Notes under the pieces: model-generated
What the model saw: only the letters and a program-made list of their open reading frames with translations
Told to the model about the DNA's origin: nothing
The model's database searches: none
In this document: one piece after another, positions 52,052-61,828 of the stretch
Numbering within the stretch: position 1 is the first letter of the stretch
Layout of the letters: every line of letters begins with the position of its first letter
Assembly (NCBI GenBank): GCA_944393205.1
Contig: CALXZI010000001.1
Span: 5,725 to 69,724, forward strand
DNA length: 64,000 nt
Origin: an uncultured Alphaproteobacteria bacterium
GTDB lineage: Bacteria > Pseudomonadota > Alphaproteobacteria > RF32 > CAG-239
Reading direction: 5' to 3'
Position numbers and translations under genes: made by a program

Positions 52052-53947
52052 ATGAAAAAACTTTTCTGTTTTGCGGCAAGCCTGCTGATGTTGGCATCTT
52101 GCCATTTAGAAGGCTATAACGCCAATCGCGGCCAACAGCCGGCGCCTGCTTATTATTCCGACTGGGATCGCGCCATTCGTATTGACGTTGATATGCAAAA
52201 TATGTACCTCAACACCCCACGCAAGATAGAGCGGCCGATTGATATGTACATGGCCATGGCTTTAGCCCTAAAATACAATTACACCCGCCGCATGATAAGC
52301 TATGAAGAAAACCTCTTAAAAGCCGGAAATTCCTCATTTGCCCAATTACAGGAAATTTTAAACAATGCCGGCTATATCAACACCAACAATTCCGCGCACT
52401 TAAGTCCCGACTTAAAAATTGCTTGGAATATTTTGGATTTATCCACCGTTTATTATCAAACAAGCGACCCCTCATTTAAGGCCAATGTTGCCTTTGAGCA
52501 AAGCCGCAAAGTTATCCACAACATCTTGCAGGAAACGCGTCTTTTATATTGGCAAACCCTGACCGCTCAACGTCTGTTGCCTGTCATTAATGACATGACC
52601 GAATACATGACCCTTGAAGTAGATGAAATGAATTCAGCCGCCCGCGAATTGGCTGCCAAAAACGAGTCTCCTTCGCGCGAGGCTTTGGTCAAAAAAAGAA
52701 AATATATGGAAGCGGTTAAAAATTTGTCTGCTTTGAAACACAATCTGGAGACAGCGCAAAACCGCATGGCAAGTTTAATGGGTTTTCACCCCTCCACGGA
52801 TTTCAAGCTTGTCGGTGCGCAATACGGCAACTTTGAATTGCCCGAAATCCGCTCCAATTTGAGCCAGTTGGAATGGTTGGCGCTGTCAAATCGTCCTGAA
52901 CTGCGCGTGCATGATCTGATTTCAAGCGCTGAAGATAAAGAGATCATCATCCGTCAATTTCGTGAGAAAAACCAAAACAAATACCAAAACAATCCGCGTT
53001 ATAATCGTCAATGGTCAAAACAAGGATGCGAAATCGGCATGAACGTCATTGAAGAAGTCCGCAAAGAAAACGCCGCAACATTAGAATCTTTGCGTCGCCA
53101 ACGCATGACTTCGTTAATTTTGAATCAGGTTTATGTTTCTTGGGCATTATACATGGCTGCGGTTGAAGATTATCAAATCAACATGGAAATTGCCGCAACG
53201 TCTGAAAACATCGCCGAAGATTACACAATTGCCGATGGCGCCAAAAACGAGCAAAGCCAGCTTGAAGCTGCGCGCGCCATTGAAGACGAAGTTAAAGCAT
53301 TTTCTTCCTACGTAGACGTACAAGAAGCGTTAGGCAATATGTATGCCACCATTGGTTTGGACGCCCTGCCGTATTATATGTTGGGTGAAAAACCGTCAAA
53401 AATCGCATTGTATCTGCGTGCCACCATGGAAAAGTGGAACGAAGGCAAATTTTTGCCCGACAATCGTCCGTATCTGATGAACATACCGTCAAAACGGCCG
53501 CCGGTTAACCTATCTTCATCAACCGTACTGCCTGATGTGGTGGTTGAAACCGGTCAACCAATACACATCAACGTACCGTTAGACTTATTTGAAAAACTCG
53601 GTTGGAAAGGCAAAGTAAAAACACGCGCCGGCTTGATTGATGACAGTCGCTTGCCCAAATGGCTTCATTATGATGAAAACAGTTGGGTTTTCAGTGGCAA
53701 AGCCATGCCCAAAGACGGTGGTGTTTATCACATAAAGATATATGGCGTGGACGACAGCGGCAACGTGGCGTATGCCACATTCAAACTGACCGTGCGTGAG
53801 GTTTATGTTCCATCGCTGCGTTTGCGCGGTCTGACCGATGGACGCAAGGCGACCGTCCTAAAACGTTGCCATGGCGCCAACTGTAAAGATGCCTACATCA
53901 ACCCAGATGACTTGGGCAAAGAAGTGGAAAAAGCACCCACTTTCTAA
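52052..53947 (+). CDS. outer-membrane efflux factor (TolC/OMF-like) lipoprotein with a C-terminal Ig-like extension
   Basis: Lipobox LMLASC. OMF-like heptad segments (LYWQTLTAQRLL, LALSNRPELR). A C-terminal ~150 aa beta-rich region resembles a putative Ig/cadherin-like domain. Confidence 0.4.
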   Translation: MKKLFCFAASLLMLASCHLEGYNANRGQQPAPAYYSDWDRAIRIDVDMQNMYLNTPRKIERPIDMYMAMALALKYNYTRRMISYEENLLKAGNSSFAQLQEILNNAGYINTNNSAHLSPDLKIAWNILDLSTVYYQTSDPSFKANVAFEQSRKVIHNILQETRLLYWQTLTAQRLLPVINDMTEYMTLEVDEMNSAARELAAKNESPSREALVKKRKYMEAVKNLSALKHNLETAQNRMASLMGFHPSTDFKLVGAQYGNFELPEIRSNLSQLEWLALSNRPELRVHDLISSAEDKEIIIRQFREKNQNKYQNNPRYNRQWSKQGCEIGMNVIEEVRKENAATLESLRRQRMTSLILNQVYVSWALYMAAVEDYQINMEIAATSENIAEDYTIADGAKNEQSQLEAARAIEDEVKAFSSYVDVQEALGNMYATIGLDALPYYMLGEKPSKIALYLRATMEKWNEGKFLPDNRPYLMNIPSKRPPVNLSSSTVLPDVVVETGQPIHINVPLDLFEKLGWKGKVKTRAGLIDDSRLPKWLHYDENSWVFSGKAMPKDGGVYHIKIYGVDDSGNVAYATFKLTVREVYVPSLRLRGLTDGRKATVLKRCHGANCKDAYINPDDLGKEVEKAPTF

Positions 53948-53963
53948 CAATATGCACCAATAT

Positions 53964-54000
53964 GAAAGCCTCTGATTGCATTCAGAGGCTTTTGTTTTTT
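53964..54000 (+). terminator. rho-independent terminator after the TolC-like gene
   Basis: AAGCCTCTGA-ttgcat-TCAGAGGCTT followed by TTTGTTTTTT. Confidence 0.7.
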
Positions 54001-54019
54001 AAAACACATTTTTTATTGT

Positions 54020-54811
54020 TTATGACAAACAAATTTTTATTTGTTCAATTTTGAGCGCCAAACCGGTTGCATCATCAGTTTCAACATATATACCCATAAG
54101 TGTTCCTTTGCCTTTGGCAGGTACCAATCGTTCCGAAGGATATTTCCGACACAATCGCTGAACAGGAGCTTCCGGCTCAAACCCCAAAACCGAATCATAA
54201 TCGCCGCACATACCCACATCGGTAATATAGGCCGTCCCTTTTGGCAAAAGCTTAAAATCTGCCGTCGGCACATGTGTATGTGTACCCGCAACAACTGAAA
54301 CCTTGCCGTCCAAATAATACCCGAAAGCCAGCTTTTCAGCCGTTGCCTCGGCATGCACATCTACCAAAATTGCCGCCACGTTTTTGCCCAATATGTATTG
54401 TTTTAAAAGTTTATCAAGTGCCTGCACCGGACAATCCAACGCTTCCATAAAAACGCGCCCCATCACCTGTGCCACCACCAATTTTTTGCCGTTTGTCAGT
54501 TCAATTTCGCAACTGCCGCAGCCAATTGTTCCTTCTGGATAATTAAGAGGACGAATGACTTTTTTGCACTCATCAAGATATGGCACAATCTCACGTTGAT
54601 CCCAAACATGGTTTCCGGTAGTAATTGCATCAACGCCGGCATTAAAAAAATCGCGGCAAATCCCCGGCGTCAAACCAAAACCGTGTGCAGCATTTTCTGC
54701 ATTGACAATAACGGCGTCCATCTTATATTTCTCCCTTAACAAAGGCAGATTATTCAAGACAGCTTCCCGTCCGGAGCGGCCGACCACATCGCCGCAATAA
54801 ACAATCTTCAT
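54020..54811 (-). CDS. ymdB: YmdB-like metallophosphoesterase (2',3'-cNMP phosphodiesterase family)
   Basis: MKIVYCGDVVGRSGREAV...NAENAAHGFG...GNHVWD metallophosphatase motifs. Start at the internal MKIVYCGD. Confidence 0.7.
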   Translation of the reverse strand: MKIVYCGDVVGRSGREAVLNNLPLLREKYKMDAVIVNAENAAHGFGLTPGICRDFFNAGVDAITTGNHVWDQREIVPYLDECKKVIRPLNYPEGTIGCGSCEIELTNGKKLVVAQVMGRVFMEALDCPVQALDKLLKQYILGKNVAAILVDVHAEATAEKLAFGYYLDGKVSVVAGTHTHVPTADFKLLPKGTAYITDVGMCGDYDSVLGFEPEAPVQRLCRKYPSERLVPAKGKGTLMGIYVETDDATGLALKIEQIKICLS

Positions 54812-54930
54812 AATGTTTCCTTTCTTTAAATCCGGATTAAATTTAACGGTCAATACCGTCCAATGCAAGAAAAATTTTTACCATAAGCTGCTTGCAAAAA
54901 AGCACATAAACCTGCGGCGGCGCAGCTGCA

Positions 54931-54966
54931 TGAAAAAGGGGAGATTACCTCCCCTTTGTTTTTTAT
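54931..54966. terminator. hairpin terminator downstream of the giant pilin-like gene
   Basis: AGGGGAG-attac-CTCCCCT with T-runs on both strands. Confidence 0.55.
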
Positions 54967-57900
54967 TACCACGGCTCGTCATATTTAAGCGCCGGATCAT
55001 TCAAACGATTAATATATTCACTGTTTGAACCTCCGCCGGCCGTCGGTCCTGACTTACTGTAACCTTTTCTGAAGTTGTTCAGTTGGTCATAGCGGTCAAC
55101 ATATATATTGCTGGTACCGGAACCATACAAGTCCGTGCGGTCAAAATAGCAGTAAACCGTAGCATAAGCCTCTAAAGTTTGCGCCCGCACCGGAAAGACA
55201 TTCCAATAAACCTCATCCGGATCAGCGTTTACTTGAAGTTTTGCAAGCAATTTGCTGTAAAAGCTTCCCGGATAAACAAAGCCCATAATAGCCGACCAAC
55301 CCAAAAAGCCATCGCCGCATTCACCGCCGATACTTTCACCGCATGCACCGGCGACATTTTCGGCCTGCGGTTGCACTTTGCTTCGCAACCATGTGTTCTG
55401 TTGAAAATACAACGGCTGTGGCGAATAAGGACGTGTAACATTGTTAGTCGTCACTTGCACTGTCGGCTCTGCCGCATGACCTAAATAATATATTTGGTGT
55501 TCTTCGCCGCTTTCATCGCGAAAACTGGTGGTTGTGTATTGCGCACCGGTCACCGTCTGCGCCGCACCTAAAGAAGCCACATCGCCAAGTTTATTGATTT
55601 CTGAATGCTCGTCCACCACAAAACGGGTATTACCATCAAGAGTATCACCCACTTTATGAGCGTCACGCGTAATCGGACCGGCTTGAGCCATCATAAAACC
55701 AGCCGGTGTAATCGTAATCACGCGGGCATAACCGGGCGGACATTGCGGCGCCGGCACCACGCCCATAAACGGCGACGCCCATTGATTAGCACCGCTCAAC
55801 GTACCGCTACCGACTTCCTCAACACACGTACCGCTACCTGCGCAACTGGCGCTTGTTACTTCCAAACGTCCGCCGCTTTCAGCAACTTTAATACTATCCA
55901 AATCAATACCTGTGTCTAAATAACTGTTGTTTACCACATAAATACCTTTATTGATAAAATCCGGTAAAATATCGCTCAAACGGGCACCGCCGCGTGTAGT
56001 AAGTTTGATATCATGCATCACTGAAGTGTATGCCGGATTAACCATATAACGATCATAAAGAGCTTCACCGGTATCATATGGATCCCCTTCCCGCGTATAA
56101 TCAAGCGAATATACCGGTTGTGCCAAACTGTTATTGTACAAAGCGTTAGAAACCAAACGATTGGCTTCAATATAGCCAAGGCCGCTGTCGGCTGCATAGC
56201 CGCTGTCCCCTGATAAAGGTGCTTCCACCTCTATCGCACCGCGGCGGATATAAACGCTGCTACCGGTATCGCTATCTCTGCTGCCTTCATCTTTAGGTTC
56301 AAAATCAAGAGCATCCACATACAAAACTGCATCTGAAGTCAGAACACTTCCATCAGACGCTGGAGCGCTTAAAGAAGATACTCTCAAACTTTGGTCATCA
56401 ACTTCAACCACCGCCTCTGCGTTTGTCGGACGTACTTCCGCAGCATCGCCGTACACTCTGAACAACGGGTTGGAATCAATCGTCAAGCTTCCAGAATTGA
56501 TAAAGACTTCGCCTTCACCGGCCGTATTGACATACAAGCGGTCTTCAAGCATACCGTTATTATCGTCGCTAGAAGTTTTAACAACCTGAAAAACACCATC
56601 AAGAACCGATGTTGTATTGGCAGAGATATTTACCGTATTAACATCAGCACCGGGTGACCCGTCTATTTCCAATGCGCCGTTTTGAATACTAACCTTTTCA
56701 TCAGCATCCGCTGTATAAATCTCTATCCTATTAGCACCGCGTAGTTGAGAAGTTGTCTCACTTAAAATAAGAGCCGAACTGTCACCGCCGTTTTGGCCAT
56801 TCGGTCCATATAATTGCGTTGTCGTATTATTAATTAACATAATTTCATTTGTCGTTCCCGGATTAGTTACTGATACTCCCGCTCCGGTCGCGTGCAACCA
56901 ACGATTATCCCGATTGTCCGAAAAATCCGTACCACCGGCATGCAATTCTTTTGTATTAAATTTTTCCGTATATAGCGTATCGCCCACTTCCAAATTATCC
57001 CGAACATAAGTGCTACCCTGAACATTAAGTTTCGGGTTCGTCACCACTTGCGCCGCCCGTCCGCCATCGGCAGTTGTACCAATGACTGTATCACCGGTAA
57101 TATTGGTATTGGTGCTGGTAATGTTGGTTTGTCCGGTTTTAATATTGGTTGTAGAAGTGGCCCCCTCTCCGGCCGCACGGGCAATTTCCACATTACCATC
57201 CATCAAAGCCACCCGATTAGCATCGGCCGTGATATACGATCCGTCCGGACCGGCCTTAAACGAAGTCGTCTCATCGGCGCTGGCGACCGTGGTGCTTCCA
57301 CTCACATCTAAAGTGTTGCGGATGATGGTGGCATAATCGGTATCAACTTCACCGTCAACATCGGTACCACGTGTTACGGCCAAACCGACACTGCCTTCAT
57401 TGCCAAAAAGTTCTGCCCGATTCTGGTTGACATACAAGAAATTATCATCTTCCAAGCCAAAAACCATTTCCGGTGTATCCACATTGCCGCCGACATAAAA
57501 AGCATCGCTCAAAGCCGAAAGTGAGCCCGCCAACCATGCTGAACCGCTGTAACCATTCTCATTGGTCAACACCAAATCTTCTTCATGGTTTTCCCAGTCC
57601 GTGCTACCAAGAATAAGCTGATCAACACCCAAAATCTTGTGCATCTCGTCCGCACCGGCAACACCACCCATATAAAGATCTGTCACCATTGTATTACGCC
57701 ATAGTTGGTCAGTAGATTCAACTTCCGTACGTTGCAAATATTTTTCGTTTTCCAATGCTCCGGATGTTGCCGAGTTAATGGCGTCTGACGAAGCCACCAC
57801 AATAGAACCTTTTGTACCGGTAAGTCCCAATGAGTTTAACTCACCATTATCCAAACTCCAAACGCCGCCCACACCCATGGCATCACCATCAGCATTAACA

Positions 57901-58382
57901 TAACCGCCGTTACTTCCAATCATGGAAGCGATTCGTGCCGCGCGCATCTCGCCAATATCCATGCCTTTTGGGAGCTCTACAAACGACGTGATAGACATAC
58001 CTTGTCTTTTTAACACTACCTTCGGTATACCAAAGTTTTTAACTTCATTAAAATTGTAACCATACGGGAAATAGTCATGAATACCTTTAGCAATTTGATC
58101 TTGCTCACTGGATAAATCAATGGCCAAGGAATCATCTTCCGATTTCAGTTGGTCTTCCAACAAACTCTGGTAGTTGGCTGAAACATAACTGTCCACCGCC
58201 TTCATAATGGTACGCAAATGCGTGGCCGTATTGATATCCTGCAACTCGGTTGTCCGTTCCGCAGACTTTTTATAAAGCGTTGGCGTCACCAAAGCAATCA
58301 AACCCAACATAGCCATGGCCTCAATCATCATGCTGCCGGCTTGGCTTATTCTGCTTAACAAAGTTTTGGATTTCATTTTCAT
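54966..58382 (-). CDS. giant type IV pilin-like protein (~1138 aa), secreted fibre/adhesin-like
   Basis: Start trimmed to MKMKSKTLLSRISQAG|SMMIEAMAMLGLIALV with a GGAGAAAG RBS: prepilin-like leader, Gly, and Glu at +5. The body is a long G/D/T/S/N-rich beta-type region with C-terminal Cys pairs. Confidence 0.5.
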   Translation of the reverse strand: MKMKSKTLLSRISQAGSMMIEAMAMLGLIALVTPTLYKKSAERTTELQDINTATHLRTIMKAVDSYVSANYQSLLEDQLKSEDDSLAIDLSSEQDQIAKGIHDYFPYGYNFNEVKNFGIPKVVLKRQGMSITSFVELPKGMDIGEMRAARIASMIGSNGGYVNADGDAMGVGGVWSLDNGELNSLGLTGTKGSIVVASSDAINSATSGALENEKYLQRTEVESTDQLWRNTMVTDLYMGGVAGADEMHKILGVDQLILGSTDWENHEEDLVLTNENGYSGSAWLAGSLSALSDAFYVGGNVDTPEMVFGLEDDNFLYVNQNRAELFGNEGSVGLAVTRGTDVDGEVDTDYATIIRNTLDVSGSTTVASADETTSFKAGPDGSYITADANRVALMDGNVEIARAAGEGATSTTNIKTGQTNITSTNTNITGDTVIGTTADGGRAAQVVTNPKLNVQGSTYVRDNLEVGDTLYTEKFNTKELHAGGTDFSDNRDNRWLHATGAGVSVTNPGTTNEIMLINNTTTQLYGPNGQNGGDSSALILSETTSQLRGANRIEIYTADADEKVSIQNGALEIDGSPGADVNTVNISANTTSVLDGVFQVVKTSSDDNNGMLEDRLYVNTAGEGEVFINSGSLTIDSNPLFRVYGDAAEVRPTNAEAVVEVDDQSLRVSSLSAPASDGSVLTSDAVLYVDALDFEPKDEGSRDSDTGSSVYIRRGAIEVEAPLSGDSGYAADSGLGYIEANRLVSNALYNNSLAQPVYSLDYTREGDPYDTGEALYDRYMVNPAYTSVMHDIKLTTRGGARLSDILPDFINKGIYVVNNSYLDTGIDLDSIKVAESGGRLEVTSASCAGSGTCVEEVGSGTLSGANQWASPFMGVVPAPQCPPGYARVITITPAGFMMAQAGPITRDAHKVGDTLDGNTRFVVDEHSEINKLGDVASLGAAQTVTGAQYTTTSFRDESGEEHQIYYLGHAAEPTVQVTTNNVTRPYSPQPLYFQQNTWLRSKVQPQAENVAGACGESIGGECGDGFLGWSAIMGFVYPGSFYSKLLAKLQVNADPDEVYWNVFPVRAQTLEAYATVYCYFDRTDLYGSGTSNIYVDRYDQLNNFRKGYSKSGPTAGGGSNSEYINRLNDPALKYDEPW

Positions 58383-58392
58383 GAGCTTTCTC

Positions 58393-59184
58393 CTAACCAT
58401 AAATCTGCTGAATGGCAAACAGACAATGTACATCTTCTTGATCACAGCCAATACGCTTAAAATCTTCATCGCTTTGGACTGCTTCATAGATTTCAAAATA
58501 TTCAAACTCCTCGTCACCAACCGGAACTCCGCCGGCATCATAATGCTGAACCATACGTCCGCCGCTCAAAACCAGCTTACCATCAACCGTTTCCGTGTAA
58601 CCAAAAGTGCTGCCATATCCGCGAATTTTAGCTACCGCCATTCTCATATCGGCATTGGGATTGAGCGTTTCTTTATTAATCCAACGTGACGGCATCTGGG
58701 TAAAAGACACAACATAAATACCCGAACAAACACCATCTTCCAAACAATCGTTACTACAGCAACTGCCATCACCGCCGGAAACACATTGTTTGGTTGTATC
58801 CCCCTCTTCAAAGCAAAAAACCTTACTCACAATCTCACCACCGCCGGTAATATTAGCCACATCTTCAAGCTGGTCACCGGCTCTGGCATATCCGACCGGC
58901 AAATAATCCCGAATATCATCAATTGTAAGTGTGCCCTCGCCAGTTTCGCCTTGTGTGGTAACATTCACGCCGTCGCCCGGATAATAAGTTACGTAATCTT
59001 GTCCGGTTTTGGACGGCGCCTGTGAGTTAAAATAATCTTTTACGCCATTGTGCAGTGCTCTAAATTTAGCTAATACGACACCTGCTCTGGTTTCCGCAAA
59101 AATCCGATCCATATCGGAACGAACCGACAGGTTAAAAGAAGACAATGCAACAATAAAAGTCGCCAAAACAACCCACAAATACAT
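58393..59184 (-). CDS. secreted/membrane-anchored Cys-containing protein, possible minor pilin-like partner (263 aa)
   Basis: N-terminal hydrophobic helix then an amphipathic helix (MYLWVVLATFIVALSSFNL...), Cys cluster CVSGGDGSCCSNDCLEDGVCSG. Ends 10 nt before the giant gene. Confidence 0.4.
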   Translation of the reverse strand: MYLWVVLATFIVALSSFNLSVRSDMDRIFAETRAGVVLAKFRALHNGVKDYFNSQAPSKTGQDYVTYYPGDGVNVTTQGETGEGTLTIDDIRDYLPVGYARAGDQLEDVANITGGGEIVSKVFCFEEGDTTKQCVSGGDGSCCSNDCLEDGVCSGIYVVSFTQMPSRWINKETLNPNADMRMAVAKIRGYGSTFGYTETVDGKLVLSGGRMVQHYDAGGVPVGDEEFEYFEIYEAVQSDEDFKRIGCDQEDVHCLFAIQQIYG

Positions 59185-59325
59185 TTTTTAAGCCTGCACC
59201 ATATAGTTTTCCATTATTATATCATAACATAAAAAAACCTCTGTTTCTACATTTTATCAAACATTCGGCTAAATATTCATAATTCTGTAACAATATTTTT
59301 ATACGCCCGCATGAGTAAAAATTTA

Positions 59326-59356
59326 ATTAAAAAAGCCCGCTCATCGCGGGCTTCAA
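59326..59356 (-). terminator. rho-independent terminator after the fadL-like gene
   Basis: AGCCCGC-tcat-cGCGGGCT with an A6 run on the plus strand, which is a T-run on the minus strand. Confidence 0.65.
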
Positions 59357-59375
59357 AACAAAAAAACTTTTTACC

Positions 59376-60587
59376 TTAAAATTTGTACTGCAGTTGCAAA
59401 CCCAACATATTGCTGTAGCTCTTGTAATGAGCTTTAATATTGTGCGCAGCCGTTGAGTTTTGCATAAACAAATGGGCAAAACCGGCATCAATCTGCATAT
59501 TACCTTGCCGATAGCTGGCACCCAAAGAAAGCCAAATACGATTACTGTCCGGAATGCGCGTTGTGCGGTGATATTTATTTCTGACCGGACTTTGATCCCA
59601 AGCCGTACCGGCGCGCAATGTCCAGTTTTCGTTCAGATAATAATCCGCACCCAAAGAAATCGTCCACGTTGAACGCCATTTTTCCTGCGTGGTATTTTTG
59701 CCTGTCGGTTGCAAAATCAGCGCGCTTGATTTTAGCGTAAACTCCTCAAAACTATCTTCCCAATCGGTCCAACGAACTGAAGCCGAAAGCCCCCATTTAT
59801 CATTAAGCTGATGATATCCGGAAACCAAAATGCTTTGCGGCAAATCAGGTGAAGCTTCGCCATTATTAACCACCTGATTGAACACGGGCAAATCCGCGCC
59901 GCTGACTGTGTCGTCGCCTTTGACCGTCTGCATGCTTCTACCTTTATATGACACACCGACTCTCGTACGGTCTGAAAACTCGTACATTGCGCCGACGCTC
60001 CACGCCACTGTCCAACCATCAAGGTCAAATTCACTAAAGCCTCCCTGCCCGATTGCCGGCACCGTATTGGTCATCTTGCCGTGAATATAACGAGCAATCA
60101 CCGAAGCGCCCAACGAAAGCTTGTCGGTTGCCTTATATGCTACTGCCGGTGCAATATCTATAATTTCCAACAGAGATTCCACACCATCGGCAGCCACAAA
60201 GCTGTTTCTTTTATAGCGGGTTTTTAAGCCATACGGAGCATAAACGCCCAAACCTGCAAAAAGACGATCATTAAACTGATATTGAGCAAAAACATTCGGT
60301 AGCGGCACACCAAAATTCATTTTAGTACGTTCATCGCCGTCACGCACTTTTGAATGAATTTGTGCCACTGTCAAGCCCGCCTGCATACCGGTGCCTTGTT
60401 TAAGCGTCATACCCGCGGGATTATAAGCCAGTGCCGAATAATCATCACCAACGATGCCGGCGCCAGCAAACGAACGTCCAAGACCGGTTACCGAATATTC
60501 ATTGAGTTGATAACCTGCCGCCTGTACATTAAACCCCCATAAGCTCGCCGTTAAAATAATAGCCGCCGATATTTTGTTTTTATTCAT
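59376..60587 (-). CDS. fadL: FadL/OmpP1-family outer-membrane long-chain fatty acid/hydrophobic compound channel
   Basis: Signal peptide, beta-barrel pattern, C-terminal ...LQLQYKF. Confidence 0.75.
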   Translation of the reverse strand: MNKNKISAAIILTASLWGFNVQAAGYQLNEYSVTGLGRSFAGAGIVGDDYSALAYNPAGMTLKQGTGMQAGLTVAQIHSKVRDGDERTKMNFGVPLPNVFAQYQFNDRLFAGLGVYAPYGLKTRYKRNSFVAADGVESLLEIIDIAPAVAYKATDKLSLGASVIARYIHGKMTNTVPAIGQGGFSEFDLDGWTVAWSVGAMYEFSDRTRVGVSYKGRSMQTVKGDDTVSGADLPVFNQVVNNGEASPDLPQSILVSGYHQLNDKWGLSASVRWTDWEDSFEEFTLKSSALILQPTGKNTTQEKWRSTWTISLGADYYLNENWTLRAGTAWDQSPVRNKYHRTTRIPDSNRIWLSLGASYRQGNMQIDAGFAHLFMQNSTAAHNIKAHYKSYSNMLGLQLQYKF

Positions 60588-60697
60588 AAATTTCCTCCAT
60601 TGCTTAAAAAGTTCATATTTTGCTTGATAAATTATATTGTTCTGCTATAAAAAGATAGTACGCACTTCAAAGTGCGATAGGGGCCGATAGGAAACTG

Positions 60698-61078
60698 ATG
60701 TCGGTTTTTAATGCATTACAAGGAAAAAAGATGTCTGAATATTTGCCCGATGGATTGGCTGAAATGACGCTTAAAATGATTGGCGACCGATGGAAAGTTT
60801 TGATTATCCAAAACTTAATGAATGGTACCAAGCGATTCGGTGAACTTAAAAAAGAACTGGGCGATATCACCCAAAAAGTTTTAACTTCAAACTTGCGCTT
60901 GTTGGAAGAAAAAGGTATTTTGGTACGCAAGGTTTATGCACAGATCCCGCCGCGGGTGGATTATACTCTAACCCAACTCGGTTATGAACTAAAACCGGTA
61001 ATTGATTCCATGATTGCATGGGCCGAGGAATACCGTCGCGATATGGCTAAAATATTAAAAGTAGACATCAGCGACTGA
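60698..61078 (+). CDS. HxlR-family winged-helix transcriptional regulator
   Basis: KMIGDRWKVLIIQNLMNGTKRFGELKK...RVDYTLTQLG matches the HxlR/DUF24 pattern. The start may be the internal MSEYLP. Confidence 0.7.
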   Translation: MSVFNALQGKKMSEYLPDGLAEMTLKMIGDRWKVLIIQNLMNGTKRFGELKKELGDITQKVLTSNLRLLEEKGILVRKVYAQIPPRVDYTLTQLGYELKPVIDSMIAWAEEYRRDMAKILKVDISD

Positions 61079-61167
61079 TTTACAAAAAGGGAACCCCCGC
61101 GTAAAACGCGGGGTTTTCCTATTACAAAAAGAGCTCCGCAACAGATACGGAGCTCTTTTATAAATAG

Positions 61168-61491
61168 TCAAAAGACCCAACCTAGCCAAGCATTTTCCAC
61201 CCGACTATACAGGTTAAACCATTTTGCCCTGTTTTTGGCCGTGCCCGTCTTTTGCCAAATATAGGTCAAAAGATAGTCAATATCTGCCGGAGACATGGCG
61301 GCGATATTAGCCGGCTTCAAGCGAAAAATCTGCTTATCATTGGGAAAAACTTTTCCCGAAGGATAACTTTTGTTTTGAGCTGAACTTTTTTTATGACAGC
61401 CAATAATCAAAAAGAAGTGCACGGCAAGCATCAAAGCCGAAATAACGGCTAGAGCAAAAAGGAAAGCAACAACAAACATTAATAGCTTCAT
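61168..61491 (-). CDS. small membrane-anchored hypothetical protein
   Basis: N-terminal TM helix, 107 aa. Confidence 0.35.
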   Translation of the reverse strand: MKLLMFVVAFLFALAVISALMLAVHFFLIIGCHKKSSAQNKSYPSGKVFPNDKQIFRLKPANIAAMSPADIDYLLTYIWQKTGTAKNRAKWFNLYSRVENAWLGWVF

Positions 61492-61576
61492 AATTTAATA
61501 ATTTTAATTTTGTCTACAATCTATCATAATATTTGAAAAAATCAATAAAAAAACGGCTGCATACACAGCCGTTTTT

Positions 61577-61828
61577 TTAATAAGTATCAGTTAACACCCC
61601 TCTCCACACATCATCCCACTTTGAGGCGGCTTCTTCATAAGTGAAGTAAATGTCAATATCAACATTAGCTACCTTTTTAGCAAGGGTATGGCAACGCTCC
61701 TGCTGCTGCCATGCGTACCTGCGTACTATTCCCTTGTTTTTCCGATTCAGTTTATGGAACCAGCGAATCTTCAAGTACGGGTGTTCAAGATAACACTCCG
61801 ATTCGGGATTGGGGTACTTCTTTTCCAC
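61577..61828 (-). CDS. small hypothetical protein with faint AP2-like (phage/HNH-associated) signature
   Basis: 83 aa. The IYFTYEEAASKWDD segment resembles the AP2 LGTF.T.EEAA.AYD core. Confidence 0.25.
   Translation of the reverse strand: MEKKYPNPESECYLEHPYLKIRWFHKLNRKNKGIVRRYAWQQQERCHTLAKKVANVDIDIYFTYEEAASKWDDVWRGVLTDTY

Noticed and set aside
60657-60680. Small hairpin (CGCACTT-caa-AGTGCG) upstream of the HxlR-like gene as a possible operator
   Set aside because: The stem is too short and generic to call; it is mentioned only as a candidate.
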